From positions 40,627 to 104,626 of the forward strand of contig CAZDKI010000003.1 in NCBI GenBank assembly GCA_964506115.1: DNA of 64,000 nt. The letters run 5' to 3'. The stretch comes from an uncultured Candidatus Peribacteria bacterium. GTDB taxonomy: Bacteria; Patescibacteriota; Gracilibacteria; RBG-16-42-10. This document shows, piece by piece, positions 18,001 through 26,571 of the stretch. The position numbers and the translations under genes were made by a program. The notes beneath the pieces were generated by a model that saw nothing but the letters and a program-made list of their open reading frames with translations, searched no databases and was not told the DNA's origin. Each line of letters starts with the position of its first letter. Within the stretch, counting starts at the first letter, position 1.

Positions 18001-18415
18001 AATTATTCTTGTTGGTATAGTAGAAAATGTAGCTATATTTTTAATTGATGCTGCGAATCAAAAGATCAGAGACGATCAATGGGAAGAAAAACGAGCGATC
18101 AGCTTCGCTTCAGGAGTACGTTTCCGACCAGTAATTCTGACAAAGATTACAGCCATTGCGTCTTTAGCTCCATTAGCTTTACTTAGTGAATTTTATCGCT
18201 CAATCTCATTAGTAATCATTTTCGGCCTTATCACTTCAGGTTTCACCTCGTTAATAACTACACCGATTCTATTCATATTCTTCCGTTGGCTTTCTAGAAG
18301 CTTCCAGGCATTACAATGGTGGCATAAAATTCTTTTCTTCCCATTCTTCCCAATTTACATTATTGCAATGGGGATAGCCACGAGACCCCGAGGGAAGTTC
18401 AAAGTGGAAAGTTGA
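15017..18415 (+). CDS. RND family efflux permease (AcrB/AcrD/AcrF type)
   Basis: 1132 aa. Two 6-TM bundles, each preceded by a large extracytoplasmic domain. Blocks LGLVVDPALVILESI and IGLIILVGIVENVAIFLID are typical RND TM4/TM10 regions. Starts 2 nt after the MFP gene. Confidence 0.85.
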   Translation: MSTKKDFNYRITEFFLNNSRFTILTVILFLLISSIALLSLKTTGFPSPKVNLAVISTIYPGASSEVVSRDITKPIEGAIKSISGIETYTSVSRNSSSTVSVTIESNADADSVQSKISTAIRSVKLPTGVDDPQIIVPTVGSPDFIISLAASDKEKLYHNWDQLRDSLNEIPETSSITPLAELKQRVLISLNLPAINNSGLTVEEIQRQVSSIGETLPVISNTTLDGESQTISTKLAGDDIDTLKQLKIYTSANSARGTASSSIPLSDLAQVNIDYYFEGNAISYVGIRTEEAEQVLPALVVTIRAAESADKNAYEEELLAKAAELPEISVVNRPWSIDEHKPVLMITNLASTDSTKEQVHEVVSGLIGSRLKTNSPWANLGWLLGGIQLVFLAMLIFVSWRAAIVSALAIPLSLLFSLVYLFFIGESLNTLVLFSLVLVLGLVVDPALVILESIQRQIDLGHRGKDAALLAVKDVGGGLFLAALTNIIVFAPFGIISGILGQIFGYIPLTIIPATIGSYIVPLVILAWIGSSFLKPTKGKGHDEEKNLWGIAQGLIKLNYRILHSPIWVRLLIIIIALVTPFMVTGSLIGSGKIAFVQFASSQNSKYLVVSGTFLPTKNSTETQAIRRQIAEIIASNPYVKQVFPLSRSLSLQVELLPAEERPGTVSVNIAKELEQKITTKFAPYFFDLRVSVQGNGPPASAFKISLAVKTDDLVVLEKSAKAVGETLAAACKKENTIIIDQQCAATNKLITRVDNGYDGKENKALDITIDRNELYNQQFVAPSGPLTGLLNQQVKRLFNVGDDRKIASIKVDGEDTEVFLDKQSLDPGQAQDLGMALVKNTVGDAYNISAIAALVPNLPKDTIQGVKGQTVGVVQGRIRDEDNNESVSAQITQAVVKFYQDNDFAETKKLGLSTNSIEQYSEGSSAGFAKSFQELLLALLLAIVMSYFVLAIFFGSLGQPLVILFTVPLTFLGVFPALASFTTGEFGFLEIIGLIILVGIVENVAIFLIDAANQKIRDDQWEEKRAISFASGVRFRPVILTKITAIASLAPLALLSEFYRSISLVIIFGLITSGFTSLITTPILFIFFRWLSRSFQALQWWHKILFFPFFPIYIIAMGIATRPRGKFKVES

Positions 18416-18559
18416 AAATTGCCCTGAAGGGGTCCCGTTGGGAAAAGTTATGTAGCCCGAGGCTTAAAATTCTCACTTGGCAATTCTCTATTCGTAATTC
18501 GAAGTAGTTTTGTCCCTCTGCTCAATTTGCTCTATATTGTTCCTGAATTAACTTGTTCT

Positions 18560-20353
18560 ATGAAGAAGATCATCGGCTTCCTGGTCGCTGTTTTAGTTTT
18601 AAGTAGTTTTATCAACGTTTCTCAAGCATCGATATTCAGTGATGTAGCTGATTCACATCCAAATTTTACTGCTATTAGCTTCCTCCGCAGTAGAAATATC
18701 ATCAATGGTTATGAAGACGGCACATTCCGACCTGAGCGTCCTGTTAGTCGGGTTGAGTTTTTGAAAATTGTTTTACTGGCCTCGGGCAATCCTGTAGTAG
18801 CAGGGGATCTAGATCGTACAGCCTTTAGCGATGTACCAATGAGTACTTGGTACTTTGGTTTCGTCAATCGTGCTTTAGCACTAGGTGTTGCCAGTGGTTA
18901 TCCTGATGGATTATTCCGCCCAGACCGTACAGTTAGCCGTATCGAAGCAATTAAAATGATGCTTCGTTCAAATAGAATTACTGAGGCAAGTTTGAGCAGT
19001 GAAGCAAGTTATAGTGATATCGAAGCAGGTAGTTGGGCTGTTCCTTATGCTCGTTTTGCTCAATCAGCTCGATTGTTCGATAGTATCCCTGGCAATCTTT
19101 TGCGCCCCAATGAAGCAATGACTCGAGCGCAGGTAGCTGAAATGGTGTATCGTTTTTATCAATATCGTCCTGATTTATTGCCAACAACACCACTACCCAC
19201 GAGTTCTCCCACAGCTACTAGTACAAGCACTGCAGTACCAACGCCAGCAGCAACTGCTCCTACCAGTGAGGCATTGAGAATCAGTGCTTTATCAATAACT
19301 CCTGAGGCACCAAATGTTAGTGCCGGCTGTGCCAGTACAGTTTACTACACCTTTATCGGCAACATAACCACCAATGGTAGCGCAGGTACATTTACTTATT
19401 ATTGGGAAGGTGAAAATGGATACCGCAGTGCTGATCAAACTTTCACCACTACAGCTGGTGTATCAAACTACAATTTCCGTCATGATGCTGGTTCACCCGG
19501 CACAGGTGTATACAATGCTTGGCGTCGTTTCTATATAGGAGCTCCATTCAACAATGTTTCTTCTGCTGCTACTATCAGTGTTGACTGTACTAGAGGCACA
19601 AGCGCTACTCCAGCAGCAACACCAACAAGCACAACGAGCTCGGCCCTATTAGTAACCAGTGTGGGATTGTCAGCAAGCGGTCGTACAGATGCAAATGCAC
19701 CATGTTCAGTTTCCACCAATGTAAATGTGAAAGGCGGAGTAAGCACCAATGGCCAACCCGGCACTATTCGCTACTATTATGACCTTGGTGACGGTAGACG
19801 TTCACCTGAAATGACTTATACGTTCAGTGCTGGTGAAACAGGCATTGGTACGAGCGTGATCAACTATTCGGCAACATTTGATACCAACCATGTCCGTCGT
19901 CTAGGCTCCATCCGCTTAATGGTGGTGTCCCCAAACAATATGACTAGTGGGGGAGTAGCATACAGTTTACGCTGTTCTGATGATGACTTACCAAGAACTC
20001 ACCAAGTTACCGGAGCAACCTTTACATCCCAACAACCTGGTGTACGTGATGGAGCTTGGGTATGTGGACGCAATAACAATTTCACTCTACGGGGCCGTCT
20101 GACGCTAGCAACACCACCAAGTGGAGGAAGAATTGCTTACAATTGGCTCTTCAATACTGGAGCAACTTCGCCTACATTCACAGTTGATGTGACCAGCAGT
20201 TCCACCAATCCCATTATCTTACCTGAGTACATTTGGAGCATCCCATCCGGTCCTGATGGAGCTCGCTATACAGCATGGCTCAATGTCTTGACCCCAAACG
20301 CTCTAACATCACCATCATGGAGCATCGACAAACCAAGATGCGGTAGTTTGTAA
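18560..20353 (+). CDS. SLH-domain cell-surface protein with three C-terminal Cys-bounded repeats
   Basis: The ATG at 18560 (MKKIIGFLVAVLVLSSFINVSQA, a signal peptide) is preferred over the TTG at 18527. Three SLH repeats (FSDVADSHPNF..., FSDVPMSTWYF..., YSDIEAGSWAV...). P/T/A linker, then three ~110-aa repeats. Confidence 0.8.
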   Translation: MKKIIGFLVAVLVLSSFINVSQASIFSDVADSHPNFTAISFLRSRNIINGYEDGTFRPERPVSRVEFLKIVLLASGNPVVAGDLDRTAFSDVPMSTWYFGFVNRALALGVASGYPDGLFRPDRTVSRIEAIKMMLRSNRITEASLSSEASYSDIEAGSWAVPYARFAQSARLFDSIPGNLLRPNEAMTRAQVAEMVYRFYQYRPDLLPTTPLPTSSPTATSTSTAVPTPAATAPTSEALRISALSITPEAPNVSAGCASTVYYTFIGNITTNGSAGTFTYYWEGENGYRSADQTFTTTAGVSNYNFRHDAGSPGTGVYNAWRRFYIGAPFNNVSSAATISVDCTRGTSATPAATPTSTTSSALLVTSVGLSASGRTDANAPCSVSTNVNVKGGVSTNGQPGTIRYYYDLGDGRRSPEMTYTFSAGETGIGTSVINYSATFDTNHVRRLGSIRLMVVSPNNMTSGGVAYSLRCSDDDLPRTHQVTGATFTSQQPGVRDGAWVCGRNNNFTLRGRLTLATPPSGGRIAYNWLFNTGATSPTFTVDVTSSSTNPIILPEYIWSIPSGPDGARYTAWLNVLTPNALTSPSWSIDKPRCGSL

Positions 20354-20372
20354 GAACAATCACAAGTTATTA

Positions 20373-20409
20373 AAAGAAGCCTTTGTAGACAACTACAGGC
20401 TTCTTTTTT
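20373..20409 (+). terminator. intrinsic terminator
   Basis: AAAGAAGCC (20373-20381) pairs with GGCTTCTTT (20398-20406). Inner stem TGTAG/CTACA. Ends in TTCTTTTTT. Confidence 0.7.
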
Positions 20410-20530
20410 GATAAAGGATGGTGAACGCAGAGGCCTGAAGCCAGATGTTCGAAGCGCGAATTAGGGGATTAGCTCAATTGTAAATGCTAAAATTTAAATT
20501 TCATGCATCAGGCCTCTGGCTTTAGACTTC

Positions 20531-20562
20531 ATAATTTTCCACTTTCAACTTTAGCTATAATT
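20531..20562 (+). repeat. TTTCAACT...TATAAT module (promoter-like repeat, copy 3)
   Basis: ATAATTTTCCACTTTCAACTTTAGCTATAATT is related to 27511-27549 and 61951-61991. Ends in TATAAT about 30 nt upstream of the ATG at 20593. Confidence 0.45.
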
Positions 20563-20592
20563 TGTTATACATGCGATCAGCACAACACATTT

Positions 20593-21585
20593 ATGCCTGC
20601 CCCGATTATTCACGTCCAAAATCTTGCTAAAAAGTTTAAGCTAAAGCAAAAGCCAGCTGGTTTCAAAAACAGCTTTAAAGATTTATTCAAGCCTCAATAT
20701 AAAGACATTACCGCAGTTGATAATATTAACTTCACGGTCAATAAGGGAGAAATTCTTGCTTTCATTGGTCCCAATGGCGCCGGAAAATCTACCACGATCA
20801 AAATGCTCAGTGGTATCCTTTATCCTAGCAGCGGTACTATTGAGGTATTAGGCTTTGATCCTACCAAGAAACGTCGAGAGCTAGCTTACCACATCGGTTT
20901 AGTCTTTGGTCAAAAGCCACAACTTTGGTATCACTTACCACCACAAGATACTTACGAATTGCTTTCCCATATTTACGAGCTGGATCGAGATCAGTATGCA
21001 AAACGTAAACAGTTTTTAGTCGAAGCATTTTCCATCCAAGATTTATTAAACACCCCCGTACGCAAACTTTCACTAGGCCAAAGAATGCGCTGCGAACTAG
21101 TAGCATCTCTTATTCATCAACCACAAATTATATTCCTAGACGAACCCACTATTGGATTGGATGTCATAGCCAAGCAACAAATTCGTGATGTCATTAAATA
21201 CCTCAACGAAAAAGAGCAAGTAACTATTTTCCTGACTTCGCATGATGCTGGTGATATTGAAATGCTGGCTCAGAGAACAATAGTAATCAATCATGGCACG
21301 ATTATCTTTGATGACACTACTCAAAAATTGAAGAAAAATTACATTAAGAAAAAACTAGTAGAGATTGTTTTTAACGAGGTTAAAGCTGATTTCAGTTGCC
21401 CTTATGGCGAAGTAGTAAAACAAGCTGGTTCCAGTATCACTATTGCTGTCGATGTAGCTGAAACCAGTATTGAGAAAGTAATACAGTATGTCTTTCAATT
21501 AGGACAGGTCCAAGATGTCAATATTTATGATCCACCGATGGAGGAGATAATTGCTGATATTTATACCGCTAAAAAGAGTAACTAG
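20593..21585 (+). CDS. ABC transporter ATP-binding protein
   Basis: The ATG at 20593 (MPAPIIHVQNL) is preferred. Walker A GPNGAGKST, signature LSLGQRMR, Walker B IFLDEPTIGLD. Confidence 0.85.
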   Translation: MPAPIIHVQNLAKKFKLKQKPAGFKNSFKDLFKPQYKDITAVDNINFTVNKGEILAFIGPNGAGKSTTIKMLSGILYPSSGTIEVLGFDPTKKRRELAYHIGLVFGQKPQLWYHLPPQDTYELLSHIYELDRDQYAKRKQFLVEAFSIQDLLNTPVRKLSLGQRMRCELVASLIHQPQIIFLDEPTIGLDVIAKQQIRDVIKYLNEKEQVTIFLTSHDAGDIEMLAQRTIVINHGTIIFDDTTQKLKKNYIKKKLVEIVFNEVKADFSCPYGEVVKQAGSSITIAVDVAETSIEKVIQYVFQLGQVQDVNIYDPPMEEIIADIYTAKKSN

Positions 21586-21591
21586 GCCTTT

Positions 21592-22422
21592 ATGACTACT
21601 ACTCTTGCTGCACCGATCACTAAAAGTTTCGCTAAATACTATGCGATTACTCGAGTAAGTTGGAAAAACACCCAAGCTTTTTTGATTAACACTCTTGCCC
21701 GGAGTGGTATTGTTATCCTCAGAATTGGCATATTTTTTCAAGTTTATACCGCAACCTATGCTTCAAATAATGTTACTACCGTCAATGGTTTTGATATCAA
21801 TATGGTAGTGTGGAGCTTGGTCTTTGCCCAAAGCATCCAAAGCGCTACCCGTCCACCTGTATCCAACGTTATTCAAGAAGAAGTACAAAGTGGTGCACTG
21901 TCTTACAGCTTCAATAGACCATATTCTTTTATTCTCTTTCAGCTATTCAACCGCCTGGGCACATTTATCCTCAATGCAGGGATGAACATTGGCTTGGTTA
22001 CTATCATTACACTACTAATGGTAGGGGTCCCATACACCATTCGACCGGTTAGTCTGTTAGCAGGATTAGTACTTTTAATGGGCGGTTTCTTGTTAGATTT
22101 TTGGATCAATATGATTATTGGCATTTGTGCTTTTTGGCTAGAAGATATCAAAGCTATCAACTGGCTTTATAGCAAAGGGATGCTCATGCTGGGCGGGCTA
22201 ATTATTCCTTTAGCATTATTCCCCGACCAATTAAGAAGTATCGTTGAATTATCACCATTTCCTTACTTATTCTCCAGTGCTGCTCAACAGATAGTTCACT
22301 TTGAGATTGATACTTTCATCAGATTTTTATTGATCCAAATAATCTGGATAATAATATTTGCCATCATCAGTAAAGTTCTTTTTTCTTACGCTACCAAATA
22401 TGTTTCTCACAACGGTGGTTAA
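21592..22422 (+). CDS. ABC-2 type transporter permease
   Basis: 276 aa, about 6 TM segments. Immediately downstream of the ATPase. Layout matches ATPase plus two ABC-2 permeases. Confidence 0.65.
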   Translation: MTTTLAAPITKSFAKYYAITRVSWKNTQAFLINTLARSGIVILRIGIFFQVYTATYASNNVTTVNGFDINMVVWSLVFAQSIQSATRPPVSNVIQEEVQSGALSYSFNRPYSFILFQLFNRLGTFILNAGMNIGLVTIITLLMVGVPYTIRPVSLLAGLVLLMGGFLLDFWINMIIGICAFWLEDIKAINWLYSKGMLMLGGLIIPLALFPDQLRSIVELSPFPYLFSSAAQQIVHFEIDTFIRFLLIQIIWIIIFAIISKVLFSYATKYVSHNGG

Positions 22423-23194
22423 ATTATTTAAAATCACATATCAGCTCAAGAAGCATAGTTTGCTTGGAGCAATGGAGTATAAGTTTAGCTTTATTACCCA
22501 AGTAGTTGGTATGATCCTCAACGATTTATTGTTAGTTCCTATTTGGACAATCTTTTATAGCCGTTTCCCTTCAGTAAACGGTTGGACATTTACTGATACC
22601 ATCCAACTGTTAGCAATCAGCACGATCTGTTTTAGCTTAGTACACATTATTGTTCCTGGAACAACTCGTCTATCTGAGAATATTACCAAAGGCAACCTCG
22701 ATTATTTCTTAGCTTTTCCTCAAAGTGTATTATGGCATGTATTAGTGATTGGTATTGATATTTCAGCTATAGGCGATCTATTGTTTGGAATAGTTTTGTT
22801 ACTGATCTTTATTCCGATAACCAGCTATCCTCTCCTTGTCGTAAGCATCTTTTTGTCAGCTTTGATCATGTTTGGTACCTTGCTTGTCTATCACTCTTTA
22901 ACCTTTTTTCTAGGAAGATTTGAAGAAGCTGCAGCTCAAGGACAGGAGGCTATTCTCAGTACCAGCATGTATCCTCAGACCGCATTCACAGGAGCTCTCA
23001 AAATAACTTTAATGACTGTTATCCCAGCATTTTTTATCAATACAGTTCCTCAGAGACTATTTGCTCATTTTAATTGGACTGATTTAGGAATTTTATTAGT
23101 GGTAGCAATTGTTGTAAACACTGTAGCTATTTGGTTATTCCATAAAGGACTGAAACGTTATGAGTCAGGTAATATGTTTCAAGTAAGAATTTAA
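22400..23194 (+). CDS. ABC-2 type transporter permease (second subunit)
   Basis: The ATG at 22400 (MFLTTVVKLF...) overlaps the upstream gene by 23 nt. Multi-TM. Same operon. Confidence 0.6.
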   Translation: MFLTTVVKLFKITYQLKKHSLLGAMEYKFSFITQVVGMILNDLLLVPIWTIFYSRFPSVNGWTFTDTIQLLAISTICFSLVHIIVPGTTRLSENITKGNLDYFLAFPQSVLWHVLVIGIDISAIGDLLFGIVLLLIFIPITSYPLLVVSIFLSALIMFGTLLVYHSLTFFLGRFEEAAAQGQEAILSTSMYPQTAFTGALKITLMTVIPAFFINTVPQRLFAHFNWTDLGILLVVAIVVNTVAIWLFHKGLKRYESGNMFQVRI

Positions 23195-23245
23195 GTTAGA
23201 CAAATTTGCTCGCTATTCTTAGGATAGAGAAGCTTAAGCTTGGTT

Positions 23246-24295
23246 ATGAAAAAAATTATTAGTATTGGAAAAAAAGTTTATCAATTTGCTCTCAATTCGC
23301 ATCTTTATTATGGATACCTGGGTCTTCTGACCGTCGGATCATTTTTCTTATTTATTAGCCATTTCACTGCCAATATTTTGATCACAGAAATGATCATCAG
23401 TTTTTTACCTTTAGGCACTATTCTCCAAACAGTAACCTTAGTTCTGGCCTTTATTTGGAGCATACTTTACTTCAAAAGTACTAGTAAGGTGAGAATACTA
23501 GCTGGATTGTTGTTACTGATCAGTACAGCAGGTTGGGGATTCAATTTAGCTGGTATCTGGGACTATGCTGCTCCCCAATTTCTCTATAGTGCTACTTGGA
23601 ATAAAGATATTAATCCCAAAGACACCACTACTAGCTTAAAAGTAGGCTTCTTCAACAAAGCTTACTGGAACGACAATATTCAAGCCCTAAGCGATCAAAC
23701 ACGATTACTACAGTTAGATGTACTAGGAGTGGCTGAGATTAGCCAGGATGACTACAATAAACTCAAATTACAGTTACCACTACAGAATACTTACTTTACA
23801 AGCTGCAAGTGTCAAAGTGAGATTGGTTCTCAGGTAGCGATTTTTAGCCGTTACCCTCTTAGCAATATCGAGGCCAACTTTATTGCTAGAACCCCAATAT
23901 TACGTGCAGATATCAACATCCAAAATAAACTTCTCAATACAATAATTACCCATCCTTATGCCCCTATAGGTGGAGATGACCTCCTACAAAGAAATCTAAG
24001 CTTGCAGCAAATAGCTAAACACTTAAATAACACTCCCGATCGTCAAAGCCTAATTATGGGTGACTTCAACACAGCTAGCTGGTCATGGTCTTATAAGAAT
24101 TTCTTAGTCTCTATCCCTCATATGCGAGATCTCAACCGTGGTGGGGGACTGGCATCGACCTGGAACTCGGGCTTTTTTCATACCATCATTGATCATATGC
24201 TGGTATCAGCAAATGTTAGTGCTCAAAGTTTCTCTATTCTGCCAGACAAATTAGATTCTGATCATCACTTATTATGGGCCGAGATTCAGCTATAA
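23246..24295 (+). CDS. membrane-anchored endonuclease/exonuclease/phosphatase (EEP) family protein
   Basis: N-terminal TM segments, then LDVLGVAEI ... GDFNTASWS ... SDHHLLWAEIQL, the terminal DH motif of the EEP fold. Confidence 0.6.
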   Translation: MKKIISIGKKVYQFALNSHLYYGYLGLLTVGSFFLFISHFTANILITEMIISFLPLGTILQTVTLVLAFIWSILYFKSTSKVRILAGLLLLISTAGWGFNLAGIWDYAAPQFLYSATWNKDINPKDTTTSLKVGFFNKAYWNDNIQALSDQTRLLQLDVLGVAEISQDDYNKLKLQLPLQNTYFTSCKCQSEIGSQVAIFSRYPLSNIEANFIARTPILRADINIQNKLLNTIITHPYAPIGGDDLLQRNLSLQQIAKHLNNTPDRQSLIMGDFNTASWSWSYKNFLVSIPHMRDLNRGGGLASTWNSGFFHTIIDHMLVSANVSAQSFSILPDKLDSDHHLLWAEIQL

Positions 24296-24852
24296 AGATC
24301 ATTCAGTTTCAACTCGCTGAAAAAACTCTAGTCATCAAAATTAAACGTCAAGCTTATCGTCGTAGTATTAAGCTACAGCATCAATCAGCTGAGTTTAGTG
24401 TCACGGTTCCTGTTGGAATCTCTCTTCAGCAGATTGAAGACTTTCTCCAAAGCCAAAAGAAATGGATGAGTAAAAGGTTAAGCAACCATCTAAAGAAGGA
24501 TATCTTACCGGAGTTGCCTTTTAGTGAAGATACCAAACGAGCAGCAAGACTCTTAGTAATCAGTCTCATTGAACGATACCAAGCTTTGTACCCATATACA
24601 TTCAAACGAATTACAATCAAAGATCTTCACAGCAAATGGGGGAGCTGCTCTGCTCAGAAAAATCTCAACTTTAATTACCGTATTATCGCCCTTCCAAGTG
24701 AACTTGCAGCATATCTAGTAGTACATGAGCTATGCCATCTGGCTGAGCTCAATCATTCAATTCGTTTTTGGCGCTTAGTAGCCAAAGCGTTTCCCAATTA
24801 CCAATCATTACGTAAGAAGCTGCACAATATTGATTTTGAGAAGGTAAGCTAA
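24274..24852 (+). CDS. YgjP-like (DUF45) zinc metallopeptidase
   Basis: 192 aa. WGSCSAQKNLNFNYRIIALPSELAAYLVVHELCHLAELNHSIRFW contains HExxH in the DUF45/M48-like context. Confidence 0.7.
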   Translation: MGRDSAIKIIQFQLAEKTLVIKIKRQAYRRSIKLQHQSAEFSVTVPVGISLQQIEDFLQSQKKWMSKRLSNHLKKDILPELPFSEDTKRAARLLVISLIERYQALYPYTFKRITIKDLHSKWGSCSAQKNLNFNYRIIALPSELAAYLVVHELCHLAELNHSIRFWRLVAKAFPNYQSLRKKLHNIDFEKVS

Positions 24853-26498
24853 AGTAAAGCTTGTTGGTAACAAGCCTCACACAAAACCAGTTCATCTTGA
24901 TACACCGTTTCTAATTGCATCCCGCACTGACTACATGATCGCTTCAGAGCTGGATTAATTTGAAGAATCTTGGATAGATTTTCGATTCGAACCAAAGGAG
25001 CAAGTCTAGGTATCGGTAGCTGAAACCGGCGATAGAAATCTAATTCTGGTTTAGTAATGCGATACTTTCGTTTAGTAACTTCACAAGTAAGCACCTGACT
25101 AAGGATAGTATCTTGAACATCTTCAATACGATCAGGAATCTCCGAAATTGAAGAGTCATCATTCTCGGTAGAATCTTTCCATTTATATCCCCGTTTCAGT
25201 GCCTCTTCACGACTGAGCGGAGCAAATTCATGAGCATATGACTCATTATAATAACGTGGCGACATCGAAGCGGGGAACAGTTCTCCATACTCATCGTGAA
25301 GGTTCATTTGTGTTTTGATTCTTGCTAATAGCTCATAATATTCTTCCTTGGAATACTGTTTATTCAAGATACAATATTCTTTCTGCTTGAGACCGACACA
25401 ACCAAAACAGTCATGACATCCCGCTGACATGTACCCACAATACTCCAAGTCATGCGTATTGCTGGTAGAGTTGAGACACCATTTCAGATTAGTGGAGTTG
25501 TTGGCGGCCACATTACAACTATAAATTTGTTCAGCATTGTTAACCGCAAAACCAGAACAATAAACATCTTTAGCTTTTACTACTCGGACTGAACACTCTA
25601 CATCCTGTGACTCTAAGACAAAAAAGCTATCCCGACAATTTTGTGATTGGTTAATGTAATTACCACTACAGTCTTCACTCTGGTTACCCTGCATAAACTT
25701 TCGAGCAATAGTTTTTCGTTTTTCTTCATAGCTAGCTAACTCCTGTAACCAATTACTATAGCTACCTAAATCTTTAGCTTTCAACTTCACTTCATATTCT
25801 TGTGGTGTACATGCTTTATTCTCAAAATAATATTCTTTACCACTCAAATTAGTGCATCCGTAACAATGCTTCAGATTTCTACAATTAAATAAGAAATATG
25901 AATCCTGACAATTACTACAATTTTCAGCAACTATCAGGTTATAACAACTTTGCACATTGACGCACTGATAACATAATTCTGAACTGAATACACTGATACA
26001 ATCAACTGAATCCTTCACTGAGTTGAGAAAACGACCGAAATAACAATCTTCACAACTAGTACAATTAAAGATTAAGTAACAATTCCGAGCATGTGTGACT
26101 GCATTTACATAATCACAATTTTCTAAGTCAGAAAGCAGCACATGACGACTTGGTAAGGGAACTTTATTAAACAAAGCGGTAAACTGATCAAAAAAAGACC
26201 GGGAGAAATCATAATCTTGACCAAAACTCTGGGGATCCCAACTATCACCAAAAAATATCTCAGGTGTATAGATCGGATGTCCTAATTCTGGAGGGAAATT
26301 GGTTAACAAGGTTTGTCCAGTCATAGAACACTTACCATTGTAAAGATACGTACCATTGTCAAAGCTAGTCACTCGACGAAGTCTTTCAATAGGAGAAATG
26401 GTAGGCAGAGGAATATCATGTTCCTCACAATACCTCAGCTCAGCATCTGAAATAACAAACTCCTTCCCAGAAAGTTTACATGTTTTGGTGATAGCCAT
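24849..26498 (-). CDS. cysteine-rich repeat protein, paralogue 1 of 3 (function unknown)
   Basis: 549 aa, about 34 Cys by my count. No signal peptide or TM segment. Aligns end-to-end with the products of 33737-35377 and 37672-39321. Confidence 0.8.
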   Translation of the reverse strand: MAITKTCKLSGKEFVISDAELRYCEEHDIPLPTISPIERLRRVTSFDNGTYLYNGKCSMTGQTLLTNFPPELGHPIYTPEIFFGDSWDPQSFGQDYDFSRSFFDQFTALFNKVPLPSRHVLLSDLENCDYVNAVTHARNCYLIFNCTSCEDCYFGRFLNSVKDSVDCISVFSSELCYQCVNVQSCYNLIVAENCSNCQDSYFLFNCRNLKHCYGCTNLSGKEYYFENKACTPQEYEVKLKAKDLGSYSNWLQELASYEEKRKTIARKFMQGNQSEDCSGNYINQSQNCRDSFFVLESQDVECSVRVVKAKDVYCSGFAVNNAEQIYSCNVAANNSTNLKWCLNSTSNTHDLEYCGYMSAGCHDCFGCVGLKQKEYCILNKQYSKEEYYELLARIKTQMNLHDEYGELFPASMSPRYYNESYAHEFAPLSREEALKRGYKWKDSTENDDSSISEIPDRIEDVQDTILSQVLTCEVTKRKYRITKPELDFYRRFQLPIPRLAPLVRIENLSKILQINPALKRSCSQCGMQLETVYQDELVLCEACYQQALL

Positions 26499-26571
26499 AA
26501 GCGATGCTAAATCTCTTGTACTATAGTAATCTGCTTGAGGAAATACAATTCATTAAAGACTACTAAATAAT

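Noticed and set aside
18560-20353. Diversity-generating retroelement target, given a variable C-terminal repeat in a surface protein of a CPR-like genome.
   Set aside because: There is no reverse transcriptase gene and no template-repeat/variable-repeat pair with adenine-specific mismatches anywhere in the window.
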